64,000 nucleotides of DNA from an uncultured Chloroflexia bacterium (GCA_963701435.1 CAVPAL010000010.1:200100-264099); one strand, 5' to 3'; numbered from the stretch's first letter, positions 48,884 through 58,507 are shown. Numbers and translations are program-made. The notes: a model not told the origin generated them from the sequence alone.

Positions 48884-49521
48884 ACACCTCCCCACCGATT
48901 CGCGTGATGCTCGTCGATGATCATACGATGGTCCGCCGGGGACTGGCGACCTTCTTGCAGGTCTTTGACGACCTGGAACTGGCCGGCGAGGCAGCCGACG
49001 GCGACGAAGCGATCCAGCTCTGTGCCCGCCTCTTGCCTGACGTCGTGCTCATGGATTTGTCCATGCCGGATATGGATGGCGTGACCGCCACACGCGTCAT
49101 TCGCCAGCGTTTTCCCAAGGTGCAGGTGCTCGCCCTGACCAGTTTCAAAGACGAAGAGCTGGTCCAGAACGCGCTGCAGGCCGGAGCCATCGGTTACTTG
49201 CTCAAGGACGTGACAGCCGACGAACTGGCCCAGGCCATCCGCGCCGCCCACAGCGGCCGGGCCACCCTCTCGCCGGCGGCCGTCCAGGCCATGGTCCACG
49301 GCGCCACCCAACCGCCGACGCCCGGCCACGACCTGACGAAGCGCGAGCGTGAAGTGCTGGCCTTGATGGTCGAAGGTTTGAACAACACCGAGATCGCCGC
49401 AAAGCTGGTCGTCAGCCCGTCTACGATCAAATCCCACGTCAGCCACATCCTGCGCAAGTTGGATGTCGCCAGCCGCACGGAAGCCGCCGCGCTGGCTGTG
49501 CGCCAGCACCTCGTTGACTAA
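48880..49521 (+). CDS. NarL/LuxR-family response regulator
   Basis: [17 protein letters not shown], and a LuxR HTH ([22 protein letters not shown]). ATGA overlap with the kinase gene. Confidence 0.9.
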   Translation: MNTSPPIRVMLVDDHTMVRRGLATFLQVFDDLELAGEAADGDEAIQLCARLLPDVVLMDLSMPDMDGVTATRVIRQRFPKVQVLALTSFKDEELVQNALQAGAIGYLLKDVTADELAQAIRAAHSGRATLSPAAVQAMVHGATQPPTPGHDLTKREREVLALMVEGLNNTEIAAKLVVSPSTIKSHVSHILRKLDVASRTEAAALAVRQHLVD

Positions 49522-49710
49522 ACGGCCGTTCGCAAAGCCGCCTCATCGCCAATCATTTATCCCCCAAGTGGCGGATTCAAATACTCCCTAACTGACCGAT
49601 GTCGTTGGGAAGCCTTCCTTATATGATTGAATCATAGGCCAACGTCATTTATCGGCGGTTGCACACGGTGCCTGCTTGCTTTGATGTTGTGAACAAGAAA
49701 AGGAAGAAAG

Positions 49711-50031
49711 ATGGGAAAGTCAGAAATAACATTCCACAACAAGACAGAAATACGGGTGCAGGCGCAAATATTCGCGGGACGCACGCTTATCAGCACCAGT
49801 GTCGTAGACCCTGGTGAGATTTGTATCTTACCAGCTAAGTCATTGGGCTATGATATCTTCTTCAAAAACGGTGCTACCGGGTGGGAAATTGCGCGCAAAT
49901 TGGGCAGCGATGCTAATACTTTTACGCTGAGCCAAAATAAGAGGCGGTACACCTTGCATGAAGCGAAAGAAAACAAACCACTTGATTCAGTCACGAAGTC
50001 CGAGTTAGCTGTCAAACGTTCAACGAAATAA
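49711..50031 (+). CDS. Hypothetical protein (106 aa); a decayed paralogue lies at 54593-54790
   Basis: Good SD (AAAAGGAAGAAAG). No family recognised. Confidence 0.5.
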   Translation: MGKSEITFHNKTEIRVQAQIFAGRTLISTSVVDPGEICILPAKSLGYDIFFKNGATGWEIARKLGSDANTFTLSQNKRRYTLHEAKENKPLDSVTKSELAVKRSTK

Positions 50032-50032
50032 G

Positions 50033-50287
50033 GTGAAAGTAATGTTTCTAAAATTCGAGGAATGGCTCATTATCCAACAAACCCGCGAAGATCTCATCGG
50101 TGATCTGGCTCGTGTTCTGAGTACGCAGAATGCCGATCATAAATCCTCAAGGGGCAGGCCCGATGAACATAAAAGCTGGGTTGATATCGTTATTAGAATC
50201 GCTGAACCAGGATACATCCCCGTTTTTAACGACGCCTGGCAAGAATTTGTTTTGGCAAGGCAAGCGGCAAAAGACTCCCTGGATTAA
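50033..50287 (+). CDS. Small protein, possibly YozE-like (SAM-like fold)
   Basis: The layout F..WL...R.D.IGDLA......D.....y.E...... FNDAWQEF resembles YozE. Weak call. Confidence 0.4.
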   Translation: MKVMFLKFEEWLIIQQTREDLIGDLARVLSTQNADHKSSRGRPDEHKSWVDIVIRIAEPGYIPVFNDAWQEFVLARQAAKDSLD

Positions 50288-50427
50288 TTCCGGTTCCTTA
50301 AGAACGGCCGTTCCGGTATCAGCTTCCCCACATCCTCGCGCCTGTACAGATATCCTCCAACTGGTGGAGCTAAAAATCCCCTGACCAGCCGATGACACCA
50401 GGGGACTGCCGAAGGTATGATTAACTT

Positions 50428-50799
50428 ATGACTAGTGTATTAGTAGCTGCTCCCCAACCTGATGTACGCGCAGCCCTCCGGTTACTGCTGTTGGATTTAG
50501 ACATGGCGGTAGTCGGTGAAGCGGCCGACTGGCCCACCACCTTAGCCCTTGCCCCAGAAACTGGGGCAGACATGTTGCTAGTGGATTGGGAATTAATCCC
50601 CCTAGACTCCGGCAACACCCTGACCCAACTGCGGGCAGCCTGTCCGGCCACCGTCGTCATTGTCCTCATCAGCCAACTGGACGCCCGCCAACAGGCGGCG
50701 CTCTCCGTCGGGGCAGATGCCTTTATCAGCAAAGGCGAGATGCCGGACCGGGTAGCTGAACGCCTGCAAGCGGCCGCTGATGGCATTCGTTTGGTATGA
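50428..50799 (+). CDS. Stand-alone receiver-domain protein lacking the N-terminal acidic pair (pseudo-receiver)
   Basis: VLVAAPQPDVR replaces the usual xLVVDDxxxxR. The Asp in LLVDWEL, the Ser in VLIS and the Lys in FISKG are retained. Confidence 0.7.
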   Translation: MTSVLVAAPQPDVRAALRLLLLDLDMAVVGEAADWPTTLALAPETGADMLLVDWELIPLDSGNTLTQLRAACPATVVIVLISQLDARQQAALSVGADAFISKGEMPDRVAERLQAAADGIRLV

Positions 50800-50925
50800 G
50801 ATCCCATTTTTCGTTTTGAGCGTCGCCGCGCTAATGATTGACAAAGGAGAAATACGATGCAAGCCAACAATACAGGTATTCGACAAAGTTTTATAGATTT
50901 TCGATAAAGGTGGAGTAACGCAAAA

Positions 50926-51357
50926 CTGAAGAAATCAGTTGTCTTCTGGATCGCCATTGGCGCGATCGTTCTCACTCTTTTTCTCGGCTTTACTCAAGGT
51001 GGCTGGACAACGGGTGGGGCTGCCGGTTATATGGCCGAAGTATCGGCTCAAAGTGCCGTCATCGAGCGCTTGGCGCCGATTTGCGTTGCCCAGTTCAATG
51101 CCGATGCCGATTCGGTGGTGAGTCTTGAGGAGCTGAAGGCCATAAATTCCTCTTCCAGACGCACCGTTTATGTAACAGAACAAGGCTGAGTTACGATGCC
51201 TGACGAGTCAGCTCCCGATAAACAGGCTGCTCCTGCTCGCCGTACGCACAAAACCAAAGACGATTTTTTGCGATGGCTGAGAAAGCAGGAAGCGCGCAAA
51301 ATGCAGACGCCAGAAGAAAAGACACTCAATCCGCCTGTGCGGCGGCGCAAGCATTAA
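50926..51357 (+). pseudogene. Possible membrane-protein gene with no canonical start and one in-frame TGA (51187-51189)
   Basis: The frame is open from 50908 to 51357 apart from that TGA. AAGGTGGAG lies 10 nt upstream of CTG 50926. It contains a TM helix (VVFWIAIGAIVLTLFLGF). Confidence 0.25.
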
Positions 51358-51452
51358 TGGCTTGAATTGATGATGCTGGCGCAGCCCGTTAGTACAACCA
51401 TTTTAATAATACAAAACAATTAAACAGGGTTTAATCATAAGGAGAAATAATC

Positions 51453-51587
51453 ATGAGCAAAGGCCAGGACAGTAAAAAAAAGGACAATAATAAACCAAAA
51501 AAAACCGCAAAGGAAAAAAAGCAGGCTAAAAGGGAAAAAAGAGAGCAAAAAGAGAAAAGGGGAATCCCTGAAATTCTTGATTCATGA
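51453..51587 (+). CDS. 44-aa Lys-rich basic peptide MSKGQDSKKKDNNKPKKTAKEKKQAKREKREQKEKRGIPEILDS
   Basis: AAGGAGAAATAATC lies before the ATG. It is below the ORF-track cutoff. Confidence 0.4.
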   Translation: MSKGQDSKKKDNNKPKKTAKEKKQAKREKREQKEKRGIPEILDS

Positions 51588-51751
51588 ATCAAACTGAAGC
51601 ATTACAGGTGAAAAAAGCCTATGATGACATCGTTTGTTTGCTCAACCAAATCAAAGACAAAAAGAAAACTCCGTTAATCCTCCATGGTGAAGAATTCCTG
51701 AAATTTTTTTCCAGAGGCACAGCATTTATCACCTTCAGTTATGGAAAATAA
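51584..51751 (+). CDS. 55-aa small protein MNQTEALQVKKAYDDIVCLLNQIKDKKKTPLILHGEEFLKFFSRGTAFITFSYGK
   Basis: ATGA overlap with the previous small ORF, and its end overlaps the GT4 start by 11 nt. Confidence 0.35.
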   Translation: MNQTEALQVKKAYDDIVCLLNQIKDKKKTPLILHGEEFLKFFSRGTAFITFSYGK

Positions 51752-52589
51752 CACAATAACCTATTCAGAGGTCAACCGGATTGGCTTCATCGGTAACTAT
51801 TTACCGCGCCAATGTGGTATTGCTACTTTTACCACCGACCTGTGTGAAGCTATCGCCACCGAATATCGTGACAAAACCTGTATTGCTTTACCTGTCAATG
51901 ATAACAAAGCGGGATACCCTTATCCGCCTCGCGTTCGGTTTGAATTGGTAGAGAAAAATATTGACTCTTATCGTCGCGCTGCCGACTTCCTCAATATTAA
52001 CAGCGTCGACGTGGTCTGCATGCAACACGAATATGGCATCTACGGAGGGCCTGCGGGCAGCCACATTTTGGCCTTGCTGCGTGAATTGCGTAGGCCCATT
52101 GTTACCACCTTCCACACCATTTTGCGGGAACCCAATCCTACTCAGCACCGGGTGCTGCAAGAAGTTGCCGCCCTGTCTGACCGGATGGTGACTATGAGTC
52201 AACGCGGCGTGGAATTCTTGCAAGAGGTCTATGGCGTCCTGCCGGAGAAGATCGATTTCATTCCCCACGGTATTCCTGATGTCTCCTTTGTTGATCCCAG
52301 CTTCCACAAAGACCTATTTGGTGTTGAGGGCAAAATGGTTTTACTCAGCTTTGGTTTGCTCTCGGCTAACAAAGGGATCGAAACAGTCATTGCTGCGCTG
52401 CCCGCCATTGTGGCTCGCAACCCGAACGTTGTATACATTATTGTGGGAGCGACCCATCCCCATGTTTTGCGTCAGGAGGGTGAAACGTACCGCTTGTCGC
52501 TGCAACGGTTGGCCCAGGAACTAGGCGTAGGTGGGAACGTCATTTTCTACAACCGATTTGTCAGCCTGGAAGAACTCATTCAGTATTGA
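51741..52589 (+). pseudogene. GT4-family glycosyltransferase lacking most of its C-terminal Rossmann domain
   Basis: The N-domain and the start of the C-domain (LLSFGLLSANKGIE...IVGATHP...NVIFYNRFVSLEELIQY*) are present. The E-x7-E region is absent. Confidence 0.65.
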
Positions 52590-53550
52590 TGATAATGCCC
52601 GCGCCTTGATTGTCAGCACACATCTGGCGGAGTTGGAGTTGGGGAATGGTCAATCGTTAACCCTGGCATCGCGTTATCTTGCTTTTATCAGCTATGCATT
52701 CAATCAGGAAAACGGCCGTTTTCGCAACTTCATGGATTACCAGCGTAACTGGCTGGAAGACAGCGGCTCAGAGGACAGTCACGGCCGTACCTTGTGGGCT
52801 TTGGGCACCGTCTTGGGCCGCTCAAACACGATAGCCTTGCAGAGCATGGCCGGCTCGTTGTTTGAGCAAGCCTTGCCCCTCATTCTGGAAACGACCAGCC
52901 CGCGAGCTTGGGCCTTCACACTTGTCGGCATCCACGAATATTTGCGGCGGTTTGATGGAGACAGCCGCGCCAGCTACGTGCGCGATGAATTAGCAGGACG
53001 CTTGCTCTCCTTGTACCAAAACACCCGCTCTGACGACTGGCGCTGGTATGAAGCAGAATTAAGCTATTGTAATGGTGTATTGTCACAAGCGATGCTGATG
53101 TGCGGCCAATGGATTCCAAATCAGACCATGACCGAAGTTGGGCTAGAGTCGCTCACCTGGTTGGCCGAATTGCAGCATGCCGATGCGGCTGGGGGGCATT
53201 TTGTGCCCATTGGTTCTAACGGCTTTTACCAGCGGCATGGTGAACGAGCCAGGTTCGATCAACAGCCGGTTGAAGCGCAGACGATGGTTTCTGCTTGTTT
53301 AGAAGCTTATCGCAGCACCGGTGACGAGCGCTGGCGGACAGAGGCCCGGCATGCCTTTGAATGGTTTTTGGGGCGTAATGACTTAAATCTGCCCCTTTAC
53401 GATCCAACCACGGGGGGCTGCCGCGATGGCCTCCATCCTGATCGACCCAATGAAAATCAAGGTGCGGAGTCGACGCTGGCTTTTCTCCAAACCTTGTTGG
53501 AACTGCGTCTGGCTGGAAATCTTTTAACACCAATGGAAATCGAAACATAA
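52588..53550 (+). CDS. Six-hairpin (alpha/alpha)6-like domain protein, normally fused C-terminally to this GT4 type
   Basis: It starts abruptly at DDNARALIVSTHLAEL... in the +1 frame relative to the GT4 ORF. The ORF-track start at 52531 is just out-of-frame GT4 sequence. Confidence 0.55.
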   Translation, partial: DDNARALIVSTHLAELELGNGQSLTLASRYLAFISYAFNQENGRFRNFMDYQRNWLEDSGSEDSHGRTLWALGTVLGRSNTIALQSMAGSLFEQALPLILETTSPRAWAFTLVGIHEYLRRFDGDSRASYVRDELAGRLLSLYQNTRSDDWRWYEAELSYCNGVLSQAMLMCGQWIPNQTMTEVGLESLTWLAELQHADAAGGHFVPIGSNGFYQRHGERARFDQQPVEAQTMVSACLEAYRSTGDERWRTEARHAFEWFLGRNDLNLPLYDPTTGGCRDGLHPDRPNENQGAESTLAFLQTLLELRLAGNLLTPMEIET

Positions 53551-54491
53551 TGCACCAACAATACCCTGAACTTTTTCGTCGTCATAAACTCAATCCTATC
53601 CTGACCGCCGCTGACTGGCCTTATCCGGTCCATACTGTATTTAACCCGGCCGCTACGCTGCTGCCCGATGGCACGACGCTGCTCCTGTGCCGCGTCGAAG
53701 ACAGGCGAGGACTTTCCCATTTGTGCGCGGCTCGTTCCGCCAATGGCGTGGATGAGTGGCAGATTGATCACCAACCCACCTTCGTACCCAATCCGGAACA
53801 GTTCCCGGAAGAATTGTGGGGCATTGAAGACCCACGTATTACGTTTGTTCCTGAATTAGGTCGTTATGTCATTGTCTATACAGCATTTACCCGTGATGGT
53901 CCCGGCGTGGCACTGGCCTTAACAGAAGATTTTCACCACTTTGAGCGTTTTGGGTTGATTATGTCCCCTGATGACAAAGATGCGGCACTGCTGCCGCATC
54001 GGATTGGCGGCCATTGGGCCATGATTCATCGCCCTGTAAGTTCTGCCCGTGCCCATATGTGGATCTCTTATTCGGCTGACCTGCGGCACTGGGGCAGCGA
54101 CAAGCTAATGATGGAAGCCCGGCGCGGAGCGTGGTGGGATGCTAATAAAATCGGTCTGTCGCCGCCACCTATCGAAACCGCACAGGGGTGGCTGGTGATT
54201 TATCACGGTGTCCGGCAAACGGCGGCAGGTGCGCTTTATCGACTGGGGCTGGCGCTGTTTGATTTAGAAACACCGGAGCGCTGTCTCAAACGCGGCGACG
54301 AGTGGGTCTTCGGCCCGGAGGAACCGTATGAGCTGCAAGGGGATGTAGATAATGTCGCCTTTCCCTGTGGATACACAACTGCTTCTGATGGCGACACAAT
54401 TCATCTGTACTATGGCGCGGCAGATACAAGTATTGGGCTGGCCACGGGTAGTATTCAGATGATGTTGGCGTGGCTGGATCAGCACGGATAA
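53550..54491 (+). CDS. GH130-family glycoside phosphorylase/glycosidase (PH1107-related, DUF377)
   Basis: FNPAATLLPDGTTLLLCRVEDRRG, EDPRITFV, DKDAALLP, YYGAADTSIGLA. TAATG overlap with the upstream gene. Confidence 0.85.
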   Translation: MHQQYPELFRRHKLNPILTAADWPYPVHTVFNPAATLLPDGTTLLLCRVEDRRGLSHLCAARSANGVDEWQIDHQPTFVPNPEQFPEELWGIEDPRITFVPELGRYVIVYTAFTRDGPGVALALTEDFHHFERFGLIMSPDDKDAALLPHRIGGHWAMIHRPVSSARAHMWISYSADLRHWGSDKLMMEARRGAWWDANKIGLSPPPIETAQGWLVIYHGVRQTAAGALYRLGLALFDLETPERCLKRGDEWVFGPEEPYELQGDVDNVAFPCGYTTASDGDTIHLYYGAADTSIGLATGSIQMMLAWLDQHG

Positions 54492-54592
54492 GAATGAAGT
54501 GTTGTCAGCATTGACTGGAACCGTTTCGACGTGGAACAGTTTCGTAACGCGAGCATTGACTAGTTCCGATATGGTTAACATAAAGAAAAAAG

Positions 54593-54790
54593 ATGACAGA
54601 AATATCATTTGAGAACAAAGCAGAGATATGGGTGCAGGCGCAAATATTTACAGAGAGCCTACTTGTGAGTAGGTGTATGGTTGATCCTGGTGAAATTAAT
54701 ACGCTGCCAGTCGAATCGGCACTGTAAGATATCTATCTGAAAAACAGCATCACCGGTTGGCGAGTTGCCTAAAAATTGGCCATGGTTTAG
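54593..54790 (+). pseudogene. Decayed paralogue of the 49711..50031 gene
   Basis: MTEISFENKAEIWVQAQIFTESLLVSRCMVDPGEINTLPVESAL*DIYLKNSITGWRVA*KLA aligns with GKSEITFHNKTEIRVQAQIFAGRTLISTSVVDPGEICILPAKSLGYDIFFKNGATGWEIARKLG. It carries two TAA stops. Confidence 0.6.
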
Positions 54791-54856
54791 CAACCTGCCT
54801 ACTTTCCGATCTGTTAACTTTTGCCTTGCATTAATGATGCTGTTTCATAATAAGGG

Positions 54857-55492
54857 TTAACGCTCAAGTGAAATAATGCCCTTTTCCAGCGCCACGGTAA
54901 CGGCAGATGTACGATCGCCGACGCCCAATTTGTTGAAGATATGGATGAGGTGGGTTTTCACGGTGGCGGTGCTGATATGGAGTTCTTTGCCAATGACTCT
55001 GTTGCTGCTGCCGCGCGCCACCAATTGCAGCACCTCAATTTCGCGCGCGCTCAAATTTTCTTCGGCCGGCGCGCGCATGCGCGTCATCAGGCGGGCGGCC
55101 ACGGTAGGCCCCAGAATGGATTCACCGCGCGCCGCTCCTCGAATAGCGCGGAATAACTCCTCACGCGGCGTGTCTTTGAGCAGATAACCGGTCGCGCCCG
55201 CTTCGATAGCGCGCACAATATCGGCGTCGCTGTCGTAGGTGGTGAGCACAAGCAGATTGGCGGACGGCCGTTTCTGTTTTATCGCCACAATCGCCCCCAC
55301 GCCATCCAGACCGGGCATACGCAAATCCATCAGTACCACATCAGGCTGTAAAGAGGCGTCTAGCTGAACGGCCGTTTCGCCATCCGCCGCCATCCCAACC
55401 ACGTCAAAATCCGGCTGGCCCGCGAGCATGCCCGCCAACCCCTCCCGCACAACAGGATGATCGTCAACAATTAGTATGCCAATTTTTTCCAT
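54857..55492 (-). CDS. NarL/LuxR-family response regulator (LiaR/DesR-like)
   Basis: ILIVDDHPVVREG, VLMDLRMPGLDG, and a LuxR HTH. Confidence 0.9.
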   Translation of the reverse strand: MEKIGILIVDDHPVVREGLAGMLAGQPDFDVVGMAADGETAVQLDASLQPDVVLMDLRMPGLDGVGAIVAIKQKRPSANLLVLTTYDSDADIVRAIEAGATGYLLKDTPREELFRAIRGAARGESILGPTVAARLMTRMRAPAEENLSAREIEVLQLVARGSSNRVIGKELHISTATVKTHLIHIFNKLGVGDRTSAVTVALEKGIISLER

Positions 55493-55496
55493 AAGA

Positions 55497-56717
55497 TTAT
55501 TTATCCGCGTCTATCGGAATGGAAACGACCAATGTGGCGCCTTCACCCGGCTCGCTTTCGATTAAAGCTGAACCGCCAAACTGAGCCACCCGTTCCTGCA
55601 TTGCCTTCAAACCAAACCCGCCTGCAAAAGAGGATGGTTCGGCGCCGTTCAGGCCAACGCCATCATCTTGAATATCCAATATTACCAGTTCAGGCATGTA
55701 GGAAAGCGTTATACATACTTCGCCGGCCTGGGCATGTTTGCGAATGTTATTCAACGCTTCTTGCGCTGCACGCAGCAAGATCACTTCAACATCAGGATGC
55801 AGATCAGCGGGCTCGCCGGTGGCATTGAGATCGACCGGAATACCGCTTGCATCTGACCAACGCGCGGAGGCGCGCTCAATTGCGTGCAGCAGAGAGTGCT
55901 GCTCTAACAAATCAGGCCGCAAATCTTCCACGACACGCCGCGCCTGATCCAGACTCGTGCGCGCTGTACGGCGCGCCTGGTCGAGATGCTTTTGTAACGT
56001 CGTCAGATCATCAGGCAGCGCCTGCTCGGCCGCTTCTAGAAGCATCACAATACTGGTAAAACCCTGCGCCAGGGTATCATGGATCTCGCGCGCCAGTCTC
56101 TGCCGCTCTTCCAGCACGCCTTCGCGCCGCTCGGCAGCGGCCAGTTCAGCCTGCGCAGCTTCCAACTGCTCGATTAACTCCCGTCGCCGGGTGCTTTGAT
56201 TAATGATGGCCGAAATCCAGACGCCCAGGATAATGCCGGCCGCGCCCATAGAGAAGAAAACCCAGAAAAGAGGATTTCCAAAGGAAAGCGCAGCATCTGA
56301 ATCGCCGGTTTGCTCGATGATGATGGCGGCAGTGAGCAAAATCGTGGCAAAAATAGCGTAACGCAAAGGTAGGTGGCGGAATATCTGGCTGAATAGACCC
56401 AAAAGGACAAAGTAATAAGCCGGGGAAAAATTAACCAAGATGAACCAAAGCAGAATGTCGCCTAAGATAACGATAAGACGGGGTAACGGCCGTTCCTCCC
56501 AATCCGCTGTGTTGCGATAAGCCAGCCGCAGCCCGCCCCAATGCCATACCGGCAGCGCTAACGTTAACAGCAGCGGGAGCCAGATATCCTGGAGACGGCC
56601 GTCATATTCAAAAATCAGAAGCAGGGCGGAAATCGTTATGGCCGCAAAAAAGATTGCCGACCACAACCAATCCCATTTCACCCAGACGTCAGTATGTTCA
56701 CGCGTTTCTTGATTCAT
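55497..56717 (-). CDS. Membrane sensor histidine kinase (HisKA_3; LiaS/DesK-like)
   Basis: About five TM helices, the H-box RLAREIHDTLAQGF, and an HATPase_c domain. Confidence 0.85.
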   Translation of the reverse strand: MNQETREHTDVWVKWDWLWSAIFFAAITISALLLIFEYDGRLQDIWLPLLLTLALPVWHWGGLRLAYRNTADWEERPLPRLIVILGDILLWFILVNFSPAYYFVLLGLFSQIFRHLPLRYAIFATILLTAAIIIEQTGDSDAALSFGNPLFWVFFSMGAAGIILGVWISAIINQSTRRRELIEQLEAAQAELAAAERREGVLEERQRLAREIHDTLAQGFTSIVMLLEAAEQALPDDLTTLQKHLDQARRTARTSLDQARRVVEDLRPDLLEQHSLLHAIERASARWSDASGIPVDLNATGEPADLHPDVEVILLRAAQEALNNIRKHAQAGEVCITLSYMPELVILDIQDDGVGLNGAEPSSFAGGFGLKAMQERVAQFGGSALIESEPGEGATLVVSIPIDADK

Positions 56718-56735
56718 TACAGTCCAGTGCAGCTA

Positions 56736-57473
56736 CTATTCCCAACGGAAAGTGAATTTAGAAACAATCAACCCTAAAATGAGTAAAACCACGATAACTG
56801 CCAGAGAAATCATATTCCAGGTTCCCGTAAACCACAAATCTTCCAGCAAAATCACCACATGCGTCAGGGGCAGAAATTCTGCAATTTGCTGCACGCTTTC
56901 CGGCATCATAAAGCGCGGCATCGCGGCGCCAGACAGGAACAACATCGGGTAAAACAGCGCCATGCCAACTGCCTGCGCCGTGCGCGACGTGGGCATAATG
57001 CCGGCCAAGACAAATCCAATGGCAAAAAAACTAAACGCGCTTAGCAAGATGGCGGGCACGATCATCACATTGCCCTTTGGCAGCCGCAGGTCATAGAATA
57101 ATGCGCCTGCAATCAACAACAAGACCACGCCGACAAACGCCATAATGACCTGCACAGCCACATGCGACCATAAAACAGAACCTGATTGTAGTGGGGTAGC
57201 GCGCAAACGACGCAAAATGCCTTTTTCACGGTAATTGGAAAGCGTTATGGGGATACTCACCATACCGATTGTGCCGATGATCATGCCGATGTAACCGGGC
57301 GTTGATAGGTCTACCTGCCCAAACCCGGAGAGGAAAGCGTCGGGTTCATTGCCAAAGATGGCGCCAAACAGCACCAGCAGCATCACGGGAAACGCGAGAG
57401 TGAAAAACAGTCCCACCGGCTCACGAAGCTGTAATTTTAATTCTGTGTAGGTAAGTTTAATAAAGGGTTTCAT
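56736..57473 (-). CDS. ABC-2 type exporter permease
   Basis: Six TM helices. The ATG at 57473 is preferred over the ORF-track start at 57512. Confidence 0.85.
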   Translation of the reverse strand: MKPFIKLTYTELKLQLREPVGLFFTLAFPVMLLVLFGAIFGNEPDAFLSGFGQVDLSTPGYIGMIIGTIGMVSIPITLSNYREKGILRRLRATPLQSGSVLWSHVAVQVIMAFVGVVLLLIAGALFYDLRLPKGNVMIVPAILLSAFSFFAIGFVLAGIMPTSRTAQAVGMALFYPMLFLSGAAMPRFMMPESVQQIAEFLPLTHVVILLEDLWFTGTWNMISLAVIVVLLILGLIVSKFTFRWE

Positions 57474-57567
57474 GCTGATTTTCCTAACCTGATTTCGATC
57501 CAAATGGCGCAAATCTCACGAATAACAACCGTCCAAAGTCGTGGAGTGCGTGTCAAAAATTCTTGTG

Positions 57568-58479
57568 CTAATTACGGATATAACGGCCGGTTAAGGCTAA
57601 AAAGACATCTTCAAGATTGGCTTGATTAACCTGCAAATCATGGGGCGCCAGGTTGTGCTGAGCCAATACCGTGGCGACATGGGCAAGCAAGGCGCCCTGC
57701 CCGCTCACGGTAATTTGCTGGTCTTGGCGCGTAACGGCCGTTACGCCCTCAACCTGTCGCAGCACATCAGGATCAAAGCCATTTTGCAAGCTAAAAGTGA
57801 TCTGTGTATCAGCCTTTAAACTAGAAATGAGATTCGCAGGTGTGTCGAGGGCAATGACATTGCCGTGGTCAATAATCGCTACGCGATCGGCCAGCGCCTG
57901 CGCCTCATCCATAAAATGGGTGATCAACACCACCGTCTTGCCTTGTGCCCGAATAGTGCGAACCAAATTCCAGGTAGCGCGGCGCGCCTGCGGATCAAGA
58001 CCGGTGGTCAGCTCATCCAAAAAGACAATTTCGGGATCATTTAACAGCGCCAGCGCAATAAATAGCCGCTGCTGCTGGCCGCCGGACAGTTTGCCAAAGG
58101 GCGAATTGCGCTTTTCCGCCAGGCCCCAGGTTTCCAGAAGCGGTTCCCAGGGAACCGTGCGCGGATAAAACGAAGCGTATAAATCCAATGTTTCCCACAC
58201 CTTCAACCGCTCCGGGATGGCGGCCTGCTGAAGCTGTGTCCCAATGCGGCGGCCTAATTCACGCGGCTGGCGCTGTGGATCTAAGCCCAACACCGTCACC
58301 GCGCCATCATCCGGCTTGCGCAAACCAATCAGCATCTCAACCGTTGTGGTTTTTCCGGCCCCGTTGGGACCGACAATGCCGAATATTTCTCCCGGCTTTA
58401 CAGAAAAGGACACATCATCAACGGCCGTTACCGGTCCATATTTTTTGCACAAATGGTTAACTTCAATCACAGAATTCAT
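57568..58479 (-). CDS. ABC transporter ATP-binding protein (DrrA-like)
   Basis: GPNGAGKTT, LSGGQQQRL, VFLDELTTGLD. Confidence 0.9.
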   Translation of the reverse strand: MNSVIEVNHLCKKYGPVTAVDDVSFSVKPGEIFGIVGPNGAGKTTTVEMLIGLRKPDDGAVTVLGLDPQRQPRELGRRIGTQLQQAAIPERLKVWETLDLYASFYPRTVPWEPLLETWGLAEKRNSPFGKLSGGQQQRLFIALALLNDPEIVFLDELTTGLDPQARRATWNLVRTIRAQGKTVVLITHFMDEAQALADRVAIIDHGNVIALDTPANLISSLKADTQITFSLQNGFDPDVLRQVEGVTAVTRQDQQITVSGQGALLAHVATVLAQHNLAPHDLQVNQANLEDVFLALTGRYIRN

Positions 58480-58507
58480 GTTTTACTCCAAAAAATGGGC
58501 CACTTTT

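Noticed and set aside
51187-51189. The in-frame TGA as selenocysteine or Trp recoding.
   Set aside because: I could not identify a SECIS-like hairpin immediately downstream. TGA is used as a normal stop by many clearly intact genes in the window, and the locus shows other signs of decay.
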